Shown here in pieces: positions 1 to 11,046 of a stretch of 60,000 bases of DNA. Origin of the DNA: Malacoraja senta (taxonomy: Eukaryota); assembly GCA_038087875.1 (NCBI GenBank), contig CM075989.1, forward strand, positions 15,750,001 through 15,810,000, given 5' to 3'. The notes beneath the pieces were generated by a model, which saw only the letters and a list, made by a program, of their open reading frames with translations, did no database searches and was not told the origin of the DNA. The position numbers were made by a program, and so were the translations under genes. Within the stretch, counting starts at the first letter, position 1, and each line of letters opens with the position of its first letter.

Positions 1-148
1 GAAGGACTGTCAGTAGCCATGACACCAGATGCCAGCTTGTTTGGGGGAAGTGGTGTCAATATGAAGGAATGAATAGAACTCACAAATGTAGGCAAGTGGA
101 AGAGGTGTTTGACCATGGGAGTGAAGGAGTAGGAGCATCTGCCTGAAA

Positions 149-1170
149 CAGGGACGTGCGGTCAGGGGAGGCAGGGGAGGCTCTGCCTCCCCTGTCATAC
201 TCCCAATGAAAATAGCTGTTTAGAAAAGTAAAGAAAAATAATAATAAAATAAAATAAATATAAAGATTTTTCCACTGATCTGTGTTATAAATGTCATTTC
301 TATATGAATCCAATCATTTTTTATAGTAAAAATTGCCAAATTTGCGCAGCTCTGCTGCAAATACAGGAAGAGATGAGAGGTGGGGCAGCGACGAGCTGAG
401 CCTCCCCTCTGATTGCACAACCCCTCAGAAACTGCATGGAGCGCGGACAATAAGCGTGCGCCTGTTACTATCTCCCTGTATGTCACCAATGTAATGTTTG
501 TAGATCCCTTCATTACATGTCCTCACCTTCCATAGTCCAGGTAACTTATTTCACGTATAAATATATTAAATTTAGGCTCGCTGATCTCTTCATAAAACTG
601 CAATGAAAAAGCAGCAGGGGAGGCAGCGATCACGTCTGCCTCACTGAGGGGGCGTTTCTTGAGCCCAGTGGAAGGAGAGGGAGCGTCAATTATGTAGGCT
701 CACATAATTGGCGCTGCCTCGCTCTCCCTCCACGTTAGCTAGCTTCAGCAGCGGCGGCGCAGCACTGGATTCCACCACGTGCGGCGCTGAGTGGTTGGTT
801 GATTCGTTGATTTGTAATGACCGATTCGGAGGCTCTGGGCCGCTGAGAGCTCCCAATTGGGCGCCACGCTGGAGTAATCTACTCTCAGCTCGGGACCCCG
901 GCATCCACTCCCGCCGCCGGCCCTCTCCCTCCCTTCTCTCCTTCCCTTCCCTCCCTCCCTTCCCTTCTTCCCTCCCTTCTTTCTCTCCTTCCCTCCCTCC
1001 CTTCTCTCCTTCCTCCCTTCTCTCCCTCCCTCCAATCCTTCTCTCCTTTCCTCCCAGACACATCAAGCACAGACAACTAACACACACACAACTAACACAC
1101 ACACACAACTAAGTTAAGATGGGGTAGAAGCCAGTGCCTCCCCAGCCATTGACCTCACCGCATGTCACTG
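149..1170. mobile_element. Non-autonomous hAT-type DNA transposon (~1.0 kb)
   Basis: Imperfect TIRs: CAGGGACGTGCGGT (149-162) vs reverse complement of 1157-1170, CAGTGACATGCGGT (12/14). Flanked by a near-perfect 8-bp TSD, GCCTGAAA (141-148) / GCCTGAAC (1171-1178); 8 bp is the hAT length. Repeated subterminal GGGGAGGCA motifs; no transposase ORF. Confidence 0.7.
920..1112 (+). repeat. Polypyrimidine (CCTT/CCCT-like) tract followed by (CA)n/CAACTAA repeats, inside the hAT element
   Basis: Directly visible low-complexity sequence; source of the overlapping spurious ORFs at 686-1112. Confidence 0.85.
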
Positions 1171-1689
1171 GCCTGAACAGGAATGTACAGAACCTACCTT
1201 TGGTTTTCCTGGCTAACTCTGGATGAGTTTCACTTCCTCTGGTGGATCTACCATCCTTCCTTACGTATAAGCTTCTGTCACACATCTACTTTAAGTCACT
1301 CTGTGATAGTCATGTGGATTTTAAATTTCACCATGAACTTTAGCAGTTGGCTTATCGCTGGGGTGTAAAGAAGCCTTTATGGTTTCTACACTCATTTCCC
1401 AAATTTAAAAATATTAAACAATTGACAGGCAAATTGTGAAATCAACGTAATTCCCGAAACTCTGAAGGTTGAGAGTCACCAACTGTGTGGGTGAAAAACA
1501 ATTTGAGAACTTTATTGATTCATAATCATTACTTGTCATAGACAAGTGGAAGCCCTGGACTGATGGAAGGCAAGGCCACTCAGTCCACTGCATCTGCTAG
1601 CTCCTTGTTAAAGATATATCCAACATCACAGCACATCTCTCCCATCAAGGCGAGGGATATAAAGCCTGAACCTGACTGAGTTCAGTCGT

Positions 1690-2180
1690 AAAGACAGTAA
1701 GAACCTTTCACCCAGGGTGGACATGTCAAGGACTGGAAAGCATAGCTTTAAGGTGAGATGGAGTAAAGTTTAAAGGATATTTATGAGTCTTGATCTACTA
1801 ACCTCTTGGGCACGTTTTTTTACATAGAGGATGATGGGTGCATGAAACGCTTGGCCAGGGGTGGTGGTGGAGGCCGATACGAAGTGGAATTTATGAGGCT
1901 TGTAGACAAGCACATGGATATAGATACATAGATACATAGAAAATAGGTGCAGGAGTAGGCCATTCGGCCCTTCGAGCCTGCACCGCCATTCAATATGATC
2001 ATGGCTGATCATCCAACTCAGTATCCCGTACCTGCCTTCTCTCCATACCCCCTGATCCCTTTAGCCACATATGCAGGTAATGGGGTGATATGGATCACCT
2101 GCAGGCAGAGGAGATTAGTTTATCTTGGCATCATCTTCACCATTGTGGGCCTGTTCCTGCACTGTACTGTTCTAGGATGT
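1690..2180 (+). mobile_element. CR1/HER1-type LINE 3' fragment, interrupted by an opposite-strand CR1 3' end (~1921-2068)
   Basis: CR1 ORF2 C-terminal-like sequence (GCATAGCTTTAAGGTGAG...GGTGGTGGAGGC) and tail GGGCCTGTTCCTG...TGTTCTA. The nested piece starts with CATAGATA/CATAGAAA repeats and GGCCATTCGGCCC. Confidence 0.65.
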
Positions 2181-2353
2181 ATGTTCTGTAATGTGCGACC
2201 ATTGGTATTTAATGGGTCAGTGATTAGTTAAAAATGAAAGCCAATAGTAGAGAGTTCAAAGATGAGTGTGTAAAATTAAGATGTGTGGTATCGGGACAGT
2301 GAATAGGCATCGATTGAAAACTGGCTGACACCAAGGAAGCAGTCGGAATAAAC

Positions 2354-3183
2354 TTGCGCTAAGATGGCGGATGTGCAGGAGTGGGCGCCGTTTGTATGGC
2401 AGCCTGCCTGCAGTCCGTCGTCTAACTTTTTTATTGTCTGAAACATTTTTTTTTTATTGGAGTCTATTCTTTCTATGTGGGGGGGGAACTGTTTTAACCC
2501 CAGTCCTACCTGGTCGGAGATGCGGTTTTCCTCCTAATCGCGTCTCCGATCTCCCCATGCGGCCTTCCATCGGGCTGGAGCGGCGTTCCTGCCGGGGACC
2601 ACAGCTTCGGCGGCACAGTGCTGGGACACCAACGGGGAGCGGGCGATGCCTTGCCGGGTCGCCGCTCCGGAGTGCTGTGGCCGCCGACCACCAACATCGG
2701 GCAGCCGCGGTCTGTGGTTTGAGGGCATCCCGCCGCGGGCGGGCGACGCTGGATCAGGAACACCGCGGAGTCGAAGCTCCAACCGGCGCGGCCTGAAGTC
2801 CGCGGGCGTCGCAGTCTCCGGGGAAGGAGCGGCCGCTTCAGACATTTTCAAGCTGCTGAGGACTTTTCCACCCGATGCGGGTGGGCAGACAACATCGGGC
2901 TGCCGTTACGGCGACTGGCTGCAGTGGCCTCAGACTGGCCCCGACCTCGGGTGGACTAGGAGGAGGAGGAGGACTGGACATTTTAGTGCCTTCCCTCACA
3001 GTGGAGAGTGTAGATTCTACTGTGGGGGGATGTTCGTGTTTGTGTAAAATCTCTTATAGTGTGTTGTCATTTTTTCTATCTCTTTTTATTATTTGTATGG
3101 TTAGTTAACTGTAAAGCACTTTGGCTTTTGATTTAATTCAATTGGAAAATGTGCTATATAAATAAACTTATTATTATTATTAT
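2354..3183 (+). mobile_element. CpG-rich non-autonomous retroelement with an L2-like 3' tail
   Basis: Sharp GC/CpG-rich block starting near AAGATGGCGG. Ends GTAAAGCACTTTGG...GTGCTATATAAATAAA(TTA)n, typical of L2-type tails. Possible TAAAC TSD (2349-2353 / 3184-3188). Splits the older CR1. Confidence 0.55.
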
Positions 3184-3444
3184 TAAACAAGTCCTCTTTG
3201 GGGTGGGAAATGGTGTTGTACAGCAGGGTTCAATGTTTAGACCGCAGCCATTCACAACGAACATCAATGGCTTTGATTTTTTGACAGTAACATGACACCG
3301 AGTGAGAAGGTTACAAAGGGGCTTCAGGGCGACTTAGACAGACTGAGTGACTGGCCCAAAGCATGGAGATGCAGCATATTATGCATAAATATGTAGTTAT
3401 CCTCTTCAGTAAGAGAAACAAAGAGGCAATGTACTATTTAGTAT

Positions 3445-4030
3445 GTCTGAACAAGAGCCTCGACCCAGAACATCGCCTATCCATGTTCTCCTGAGAAGCT
3501 GCTTGATTTGTTGAGTTACTCCAGCACTCTGCGCCTTTTGTAAACCAGCATCTGTAGTGTCTTGTTCCTACATTTTATTGCTCCACTGCAAAATCTCCTC
3601 AAAGAGTCTACTTTGAATAAGTTCTCCTCCTCTTTCTAACGGTTCTGTGAGACTCTCTCTCACTGTTCACCTTGAGTCTGAAGAAGGGTTCCGAACAGAA
3701 ACATCGCCTATGCACGCTATCCTGAGATGCTGCCTGACCCGCTGAGACTCCAATACTCGGTGTCTCCTCTTTCTGCTTAAATTCTTTTAGGAAATGTTAA
3801 TTTGCAAAGAGACTTGGCTGTTCTTACAGATCAAACACTGACAGTAACCATAAACAAAAATCCCTGAAGAACTCAGCCAGTGAAGCAGCATCTGTGGAGA
3901 GAAAAACCCGTCAATGTTTCTGGTCAACGACCCTTCCTCAGAACTGAGAGACATTGACGTTTCTCTTTCCCTGGATGCTGGCCGAGTTCTTCCACTACTA
4001 TTGTTGTTTCAGATCCCAGCCTCTGTTGTT
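3445..4030. mobile_element. Cluster of three degenerate Penelope-derived short repeats (~3445-3572, ~3676-3770, ~3850-4030)
   Basis: Share CTGAAGAAGGG...GAAAC and GAGATGCTGCCTGACCCGCTGAG...CTCCAGCA motifs with the other copies in the window. Confidence 0.6.
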
Positions 4031-5556
4031 TTATTTGTTTTACAGTGAAACCAAACATGCGGGTACAGCAAGCAGTTAAGAAGGCAAATTATATGTGCCC
4101 TTCGTAATAAAAGTAGTTTGTCTTGCTGCAATTCTATGGATGCTGGTGAGACTCCACTTGAAGTGGAAGTGAGTAGTTTTGGTCCTTTTACCCAAGAAAG
4201 GTTATGTTTGCCAGAGAGGAAGTGCATCTTATTAATACTTACAAAATTCCAACAGAGCTAGACAGACTGAATTTGGGTGACAAGAATAAAGGTTTACACT
4301 TTTAAGTCATATAGGGCAAGATATTTCAGAATGAGATGAGAAATGGCTTTGTGTTTAGATTGGTGAATCCCTGGAATTCACTGCTGCAGAAGGTTGTGGA
4401 GGCCAAGTCACAGAATATATTTTAAAATGAGTTGGATTTATTGCTGCACACATCAGGCATCGAAGGATACGGAGAACAAATAGAAATTAAACTGTTGAGA
4501 GAGAAATAGAGTCATATATAGCATGGAAAGATGCCCCATGCCAACCAAGATACCCAATCTAAGCCAGTCCCATTTGCCTGCATTTGGCCCATATCTCTCT
4601 GAACCTTCCATATCCATGTATCTGTCTCAATGTCGTTATTTGTAATTGATGGTGTTGTAATTGTAATTGTTAATTTAATTGATGTTGTGGCCATGATTGT
4701 ATTGAACGATGAAGAGGCTTGAAGTTCTGAACAGCTTGCTACTGCTGTCTACTGTTTCCATGTTTAATAGACTCAATCTTTATGGAATCCAAATTGTTTA
4801 GAAAAGACATTCCTCTTTCACTATAGAACAGCTCATATTTTGAAATTGTTCCTCCCAGTTGTTCTATGTTGCAAACAATGACTTTGTGAAATAGTAGAGA
4901 CTCTCCTGAGGTGTTTACACAACATGCTCAATGCTCAACATACTTGTTAAAACAACGAGTTGCTATATAATATAAATAAAAGTGAAGATGGAAAGCGTCT
5001 GTTATCTGCCTTTTCAATGGTTGGTAATCTGAGTTCAGATAAAAAAATACTGGGCCTTTGGATATATCATCCGCTGTATAAACAGCACAATGCCTACTGT
5101 TCGTGCCAATGGAATCTGTGTTGACTTAATGTTCTCTTTAGAATCGATGCTGCATAAACACAGGAAGGGAAAAGAATGGAATTTAACCCCTGGGCTGGAA
5201 AGGAAGTATCCTACTCTCCACAATCCGTGCTGAGAGAGTTACCTGACTCCTTGCATTTATATATCGCCTGTTATGAATGAAGTGAGTATTAATGATGCAC
5301 CGATACGTTGTGTAGGTAACATGGAGTCATGGTTTCTATATGGTCATCTCTTAGGGTTTGGGCAAGGCCAATATTTATCACCCAACCCTAATTGGCCTTG
5401 AGAAGTTATGCTGAACAATTAAACCATGGACATTCTTCTAGTGAAGTTTCTTCCACAACCTTGTTCGAGAAGGTGTTCAAGATTTAGACCCGGCCAGTGA
5501 GATATTCTCAAGTTAGGAAGGGGGATTGACTTGAGGGGAATCTGCAGAAATGGTTA

Positions 5557-5705
5557 GGAAGGAACTGCAGATGTTGGTTTAAACCGAAGATAGACACAAA
5601 TGCTGATATCATGTCGGAAGAAGGGTCACGATCCGAAACGTCACCCATTCCTTCTCTCCAGAGATGCTACCTGTCCCGCTGAGTTACTCCAGCATTTTGT
5701 GTCTA
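5557..5705 (+). mobile_element. Penelope-derived short module with an inverted 5' piece
   Basis: GAAGAAGGGTCACGATCCGAAACGTCACCCATTCC...CTGAGTTACTCCAGCATTTTGTGTCTATC. Imperfect TSD ATCTGCAGAAATGGTTA / ATCTGCTGATAATGGTTA. Confidence 0.65.
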
Positions 5706-5970
5706 TCTGCTGATAATGGTTAATCTTTTGCGTAACGCACAAGCTTTGTTGTAGATATCACAGGTCTGGGAGGTGGTGTCGGAGTATCCCAGGTGAGTAG
5801 CTGCTGTGTGTTGTGTAGATGGTGCATATTGTAACCACGGAGGGCACCAGTGTTTAGGGCGGATGGTGGACTGCAAATTAAATGGGCTACTTTGCTCTCT
5901 ATGGTCTTGAGCTTCTTAAATATTGTTGGATCTGCACTCATCCAGGCATGTGGGAGGCATTAAAACACAC

Positions 5971-6177
5971 AATGCTGGAGTAACTCAGCGGGACAGGCAG
6001 CATCTCTGGATAGAAGGAATAGGTGATGTTTTGGGTCGAGCCCCTTCGTCTGAAGAAGAGTCTCGACCTGAAATGTCACCCATTCCTTCTATCCAGAGAT
6101 GCTGCCTGTTCCTTTGAGTTGCTCCAGCATTTTGTGTCTATCTTCGGAGTAAATCAGCATCTGCAGTTCCTTGCTAT
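5971..6177. mobile_element. Palindromic Penelope-derived module
   Basis: Two inverted ~80-bp arms around an axis at ~6048. Perfect 14-bp TSD GCATTAAAACACAC (5957-5970 / 6178-6191). Confidence 0.75.
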
Positions 6178-6799
6178 GCATTAAAACACACCACTGCCTT
6201 GTGCTTTGTAGATGGTGGACAGTATTTGGAGTGTTAGACAGTGAATTACCCAGTCTCTGAGTTGTGTGGCCAGTTCAATGGAGTTTGTGGTCAATGGTAA
6301 CAAGAACTCTGTGATGGTGATTCCATTGAATGTCATGTGGAGGTGAGTCTTTGCCTGGCACTATCAGCGCAAATGTGAACCCGACAGGACATGGGCTGGG
6401 GCATCGAACATTGGCTGGTCCATCTCAACTCCTTCCTCAGATCCCCCTGTCACAGAAGCCAATTTGATTCAATCCAAAAATTGGCTGGAATCGCTGGAGA
6501 CAGCAAAGGCCTTGGAATTAGACAGCACCGCAGCTGAGGGGCCTCCAGTCTACTGCTCCAGAACCAGCTGTGCCTCAAGCCAAGTTGCTCCATTATGGTT
6601 ACAACTCCGGCATTGATCCAACAATGTCCAGGAATGTACTGGTTACAAAATGCTGGATAAATCCAATCCAATGAATCACCCCCAATCAGCCCAGTGCCAA
6701 ACCTCACAGAGGGGGAAGTCCCATCAACGGGGCTGACACTCAGCGATAACTCACTCACTAATGGCCAATTTGGGTGCAGAGCATGTTTCCATATATGGC

Positions 6800-7045
6800 A
6801 ATATGATAATGTGGACAATCTCATTTGGTGCCGTTGGTTGAGAGGGAAACACTGGCCAGAAGGTGAGGAACAACTCCTCTGCTCTTCTTTAGAACACAGC
6901 ATTCAGGATAGACCAGGGTTTGATTCAGTCGCTCATACAGAAAGCTGGCACACCTGACTCTGCGGCAATCCCAGGCGAATTGTCTTCAACAAAGAGAATT
7001 GCCAGCTTAGGTTTTGTGCACAAGCCTCGCGAGTAGCTCTTGAAG
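6800..7045 (-). mobile_element. Degenerate Deu-domain SINE fragment (SacSINE1/AmnSINE-like)
   Basis: Reverse complement resembles the Deu-domain (GAAGAGCAGAGGAGTT...CTGGCCAGTGTTTCCCTCTCAACCAAC); recalled consensus, not aligned. Confidence 0.4.
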
Positions 7046-7059
7046 TTGAACTTGGAGAC

Positions 7060-7243
7060 GCAACTGTAGGAATCTTGTGTAAAACACAAGGTGCTAGTGG
7101 AACTCAGTGGTCAGGCAACGTCTGTGAAGGAAATGGACGGATGACGTTTCGGATCGGGACCCTGCTTTAGATCCGAAACATCATCTGTCCATTTCCTCCA
7201 CTGATGTTGCCTGACCCGCTGAGTTCCTCCAGCACTTTGTCAT
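7060..7243. mobile_element. Palindromic Penelope-derived module
   Basis: Inverted arms GTGCTAGTGGAACTCAG...ACGTTTCGGATC / GATCCGAAACATC...CTGAGTTCCTCCAGCAC. Confidence 0.6.
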
Positions 7244-8537
7244 CAACTTGCACTTGACTGGCTCAGGGGTGAGAGTGCTGGCTCCAATTCTTTCTCCAAC
7301 TTTTATCACATCTGGCCAAAAAAATAGACGGTTCCATGGGGCTTGGTTGATTATTCGCGGAGTAGAAGGTCACTAAAAATGCTGGAGAGGATGGTGGAAG
7401 AAGAGTCGCTGACACATGAGCACTTGAATTGTCTCAGCCTAGAGAGCTACGTGCTGGTAGACGTGATGTGATGGGCCGAATGGTCTGTTCCCGTGCTCTC
7501 TGACTCGATGTAATCCCTTTTCCTGAATAAATCTAAATGTTCCCTTATCTCACATGGGATGTTTGCTGAATCATCTAATGAATACAGCTGGCTACACAAT
7601 TCAGTGTTAGATTGTGTCAGCGGTAACAATTTAATTTCTAAATCATGACATTCTGAAGCTAACTTCAACTCCAAGACAATTTCAAACCAGACAGACAGCT
7701 GCAGAGCCCGAAATACCATTTTACAGACAATAAACCAAACTCTTAGTTTATTCCTTTTGCATTTTTAGGTTTAAATTCAAAATCTATTCATCCTACACTG
7801 GCGAATATCCCTCCATTAATAAAAATTAACTGTTTCTTCAGATTAAAAAAAAGCAGACTTGCATTTCAACTGCAGCTTTCACAACCCTTTGTGTAAACTC
7901 TTGAGTCCATTTCAGTCAGTGAAGTGTAGTTCAGTCAAGTTGCTTGTTATTGGAGGGATGTCCAATGTCCACGATAGCAACGTATTAATGGCGAGAATAG
8001 AATGAAAATAGAGTGACTTCACTCCCAAACCCCCACAATCTTCTTCCAAACTTCCTTTACAGCAACCTGGGCAATGAGGACCTCGCTCCGGCACCTTGCC
8101 CGCAAACAATGTTTCCAACATTGCCTCAGTCCTACAAGGTGGGATGCTAAACTTTCTTCTCAGAGCCCTGATGCTGGCCTTAAACCCACCATTTATCTGA
8201 CTGAGGCAAGAGTGTGTCTAACCATGATACAGCTGGCAAAGAACTTGTTGGTGATATCTTCACACTTCTGATTTATTATGTGGAAAAGTTTGAAGCATCC
8301 CTCAGAGTTATGACTAGCTATTGTGAATTGCTGATCTGATTTCCCCTGTGAGATCTCCACCGTTGATTCCAATCCAGTTGATTTTAATCAGCTCAAAGGT
8401 TTTCCATTTGACAGTCAAAGTGAGTGCCGCACAGCACAGGCCATTCAGCCCTCTGCATCTCATTGACTGTAATGTTGACAACTAAACTACTCCAATTCTT
8501 CACCTTGCAACCCCATTAACTTCCTCCCCTCAATCTC

Positions 8538-8735
8538 CACACACACTCACTCACACTCACTGACTCACACACGCTCAGTCATTCACACACACACTCAATC
8601 ACTCACTCGCTCACACAGATACCCACACAGACGCGCACACTCACACTAACACGCACACAGATGCGCATACACTCTCACTCACTCGCTCACTTGCGCACAT
8701 AGACACACACAGACGCAGACACACACACAGACGCA

Positions 8736-8828
<93 letters not shown>

Positions 8829-8891
8829 ACATACATACATACATACACACATACATACATACATACATACATACATACATACATACATACA

Positions 8892-8938
<47 letters not shown>
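8538..8938 (+). repeat. Compound microsatellite (CACT)n-(CA)n-(CATA)n-(TA)n
   Basis: Directly visible; includes a long perfect (CA)n run at ~8737-8822. Confidence 0.95.
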
Positions 8939-10289
8939 CTCTGGCCACCCACCTACTCCAGAAGAAATTTACGGTTGTCAATTAACCTACCAGCAGGCAC
9001 CTCTTTGGACATGAGAGGATCCCTGTCCTTCGGCTGCAACAGACCCTGCACCGTTTTGCATTAGTGTGCACTAAAGCACACACAATGAAATTTAGGATCC
9101 ATTATAGTCTGCAGCAGAGGATGAATGGAGATCTAACGAGAAACTAATATGTTTCTGGCAAAATGTACAGAGGTAGGTCTGGTTCATTATGTGTAAGAAA
9201 AGCAGACACAGTTGACTAAATTATACCAATCTACGGGCTCAATGAGCCAAAGGCTTTCCTTTCCTTTTGTTCAACTACAAAAGTTTTTTATTCCCTCTTT
9301 TCAATACACCTCCCGTGTTTCTCACCGTTCTCAATATTCCTGTAATTAAACGAGTTTAACTTCCCTTTGCTCTGTTCTATTCTTGCAGAACAGCAAGAGA
9401 AAATCAACTAATCTCATCGTACCGTGGCATGAAACAGGCGAGCCGATCAAAGTAATAGGCATGTTCTCTTGGAGTGGAGCACTGTTAATCTGTTGCAGTT
9501 ACATCTGTTCGTAATCCAATCATGAAAAGGAAAAAAATGAAGGAAGGCCATTTCTAGCCATGCCACCGTCCCCTGCGCACATTATTCTAATTTGTGCATT
9601 TTTCTGTGCAGTTTAAACAAGCTATTTTTCTGCTGATTGTTATTCAGTCAGGCTCCAGAGGTTTCTTAGATTTCAGTGACTCTGTCAACCATTTTGCAGA
9701 ACAATGCAACCATTTTTAGTTCTACTGGAAGGACAGGATTGTCGTTATTTTGGCTGGATTCTTGTTGTTAAGGTATTGCTCTGGACTGAACGAGGAGGGC
9801 TTGCTTTTTCCAGCTATTCTGAATCTTGGCTCCACTCACAAGCTTGCTTGAGCTTCCTGAGTTACGAGGTTTCTATTACAACCTCAAAGGTTTACAGTAC
9901 AAAAAATGTTGGATCAGAGGGCAGGTACATTACGACGGATGAGGAAAGTCACGAGGTGGGGAGAACCTGTTACCACCCTCATCCTGCCCGTCCTGCACTC
10001 ACCAGGACGAGAGGAACACTTTAACTTCCACTGTCTACGGCTGGGATGGAGTGGTGACTAAAAGAGGCAAATACTGATTCCAGCTGCCGCAGTGTTTAGT
10101 TTCTGAGTGAAAGTAGTCTAATTCCGACACCTGCAAGCTAGTCTGTCAGCCTGATTCCGTCAGAAGGAGTGAGACGTGGAGTTTAAAATGTTGAGAGATG
10201 TTGATTTTGCAGACGATGGGACGTAGGGTTGGGGATGAGGCAGGAGGCAGAGTTAGTCAGTGATTGCGGGCTGGTCTGGCTGATGTCCA

Positions 10290-10820
10290 TGGGTTGAGGT
10301 GGCAGTACTGTACTCTCTCAGCTAGTGTTGGTCGCTTGTGGGTTCAAGCCCCAGCTCAGCAACGCACAACTTTAGGTTGGAGCTTCAGTGCAGTATTGAG
10401 CAAGTGCAATGGTGCTGCCATTTGGATGTGTTGTTACCCTGAGGCCCTGTTGCCTTCACCAGGCTAGATGTCCTATTGCACAGGTTGGAAGAAGAGTGTT
10501 GCTTATCCCTCGTGTCCAGACCAATACATATTCTGCAGTCAGCATCGATTAAAAAACAAGATTGTGATCTCACTTTGTCATTGAAGCTGGGTGAGTGTGA
10601 ATTGGTCACGTGCTATCTCACCTGAACAGTGACTGTACTGAACAGTGAGTGTCTGGAGAAGGGTCTCAACCCTATTCCTTTTCTCCAGAAATGCTGCCTG
10701 ACTCCAGCATTTTGTGCCTATCTTAACTGTACTTCAAAACCTGCTTCATTGCTGGCTATAAAGAGTATTCGGAGATTAATGATTATGAAAGGCACTAAGT
10801 AAATGCAGTTCCTTTCTTTT
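10290..10820 (+). mobile_element. Degenerate near-full-length Deu-domain SINE (SacSINE1/AmnSINE-like), interrupted by a Penelope-derived fragment (~10650-10725)
   Basis: tRNA-like head (GTGGGTTCAAGCCCC), Deu-like core (CAGTGCAGTATTGAG...TGAGGCCCTG...GAAGAAGAG...GTGTCCAGACCAATA) and tail (TGAAAGGCACTAAGTAAATGCAG). Matches recalled consensus order. Confidence 0.5.
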
Positions 10821-10947
10821 CATGCAATTTAATTTACAAGAGCACAGTAATAATCTATCAAATCCATTTTAACCTGTATAATAAAGTATGTCACAGAAGC
10901 CTGTTTGCATCAATGCCCATTACATTGAATTGAACTCGATAATATTT

Positions 10948-11046
10948 TCAAAGATAGACAAAAAGTGCTGGAGTAACTCAGCAGGTTGGGCAGCATCTTT
11001 GGAGAAAAAGGATAGGTGATGTTTAGGGTCGGGACCCTTCTTCAGA
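10948..11046 (-). mobile_element. Penelope-derived short module
   Basis: Minus strand reads CTGAAGAAGGGTCCCGACCCTAAACATCACC...; GATAATATTT is duplicated on both sides. Confidence 0.65.

Larger units (their letters stand above)
2270..4760 (+). mobile_element. Old degenerate CR1 RT/3' remnant fragmented by younger insertions
   Basis: Segments such as AACTGGCTGAC, CAGGGTTCAATGTTTAGACCGC, GACAGACTGAGTGACTGG, TGCTGGTGAGACTCCACTTGA and GAATTCACTGCTGCAGAAGGTTGTGGAGGC follow CR1 ORF2 order; no open frame. Confidence 0.5.

Noticed and set aside
660..920. CpG-rich stretch as a host gene promoter
   Set aside because: Lies inside a TIR/TSD-bounded transposon, with no downstream gene identified.
8641..8981. 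Cys/Val-rich ORFs (also 51623-52209, 43289-43813, 686-1112, 30740-31216)
   Set aside because: Translations of microsatellites or low-complexity tracts.
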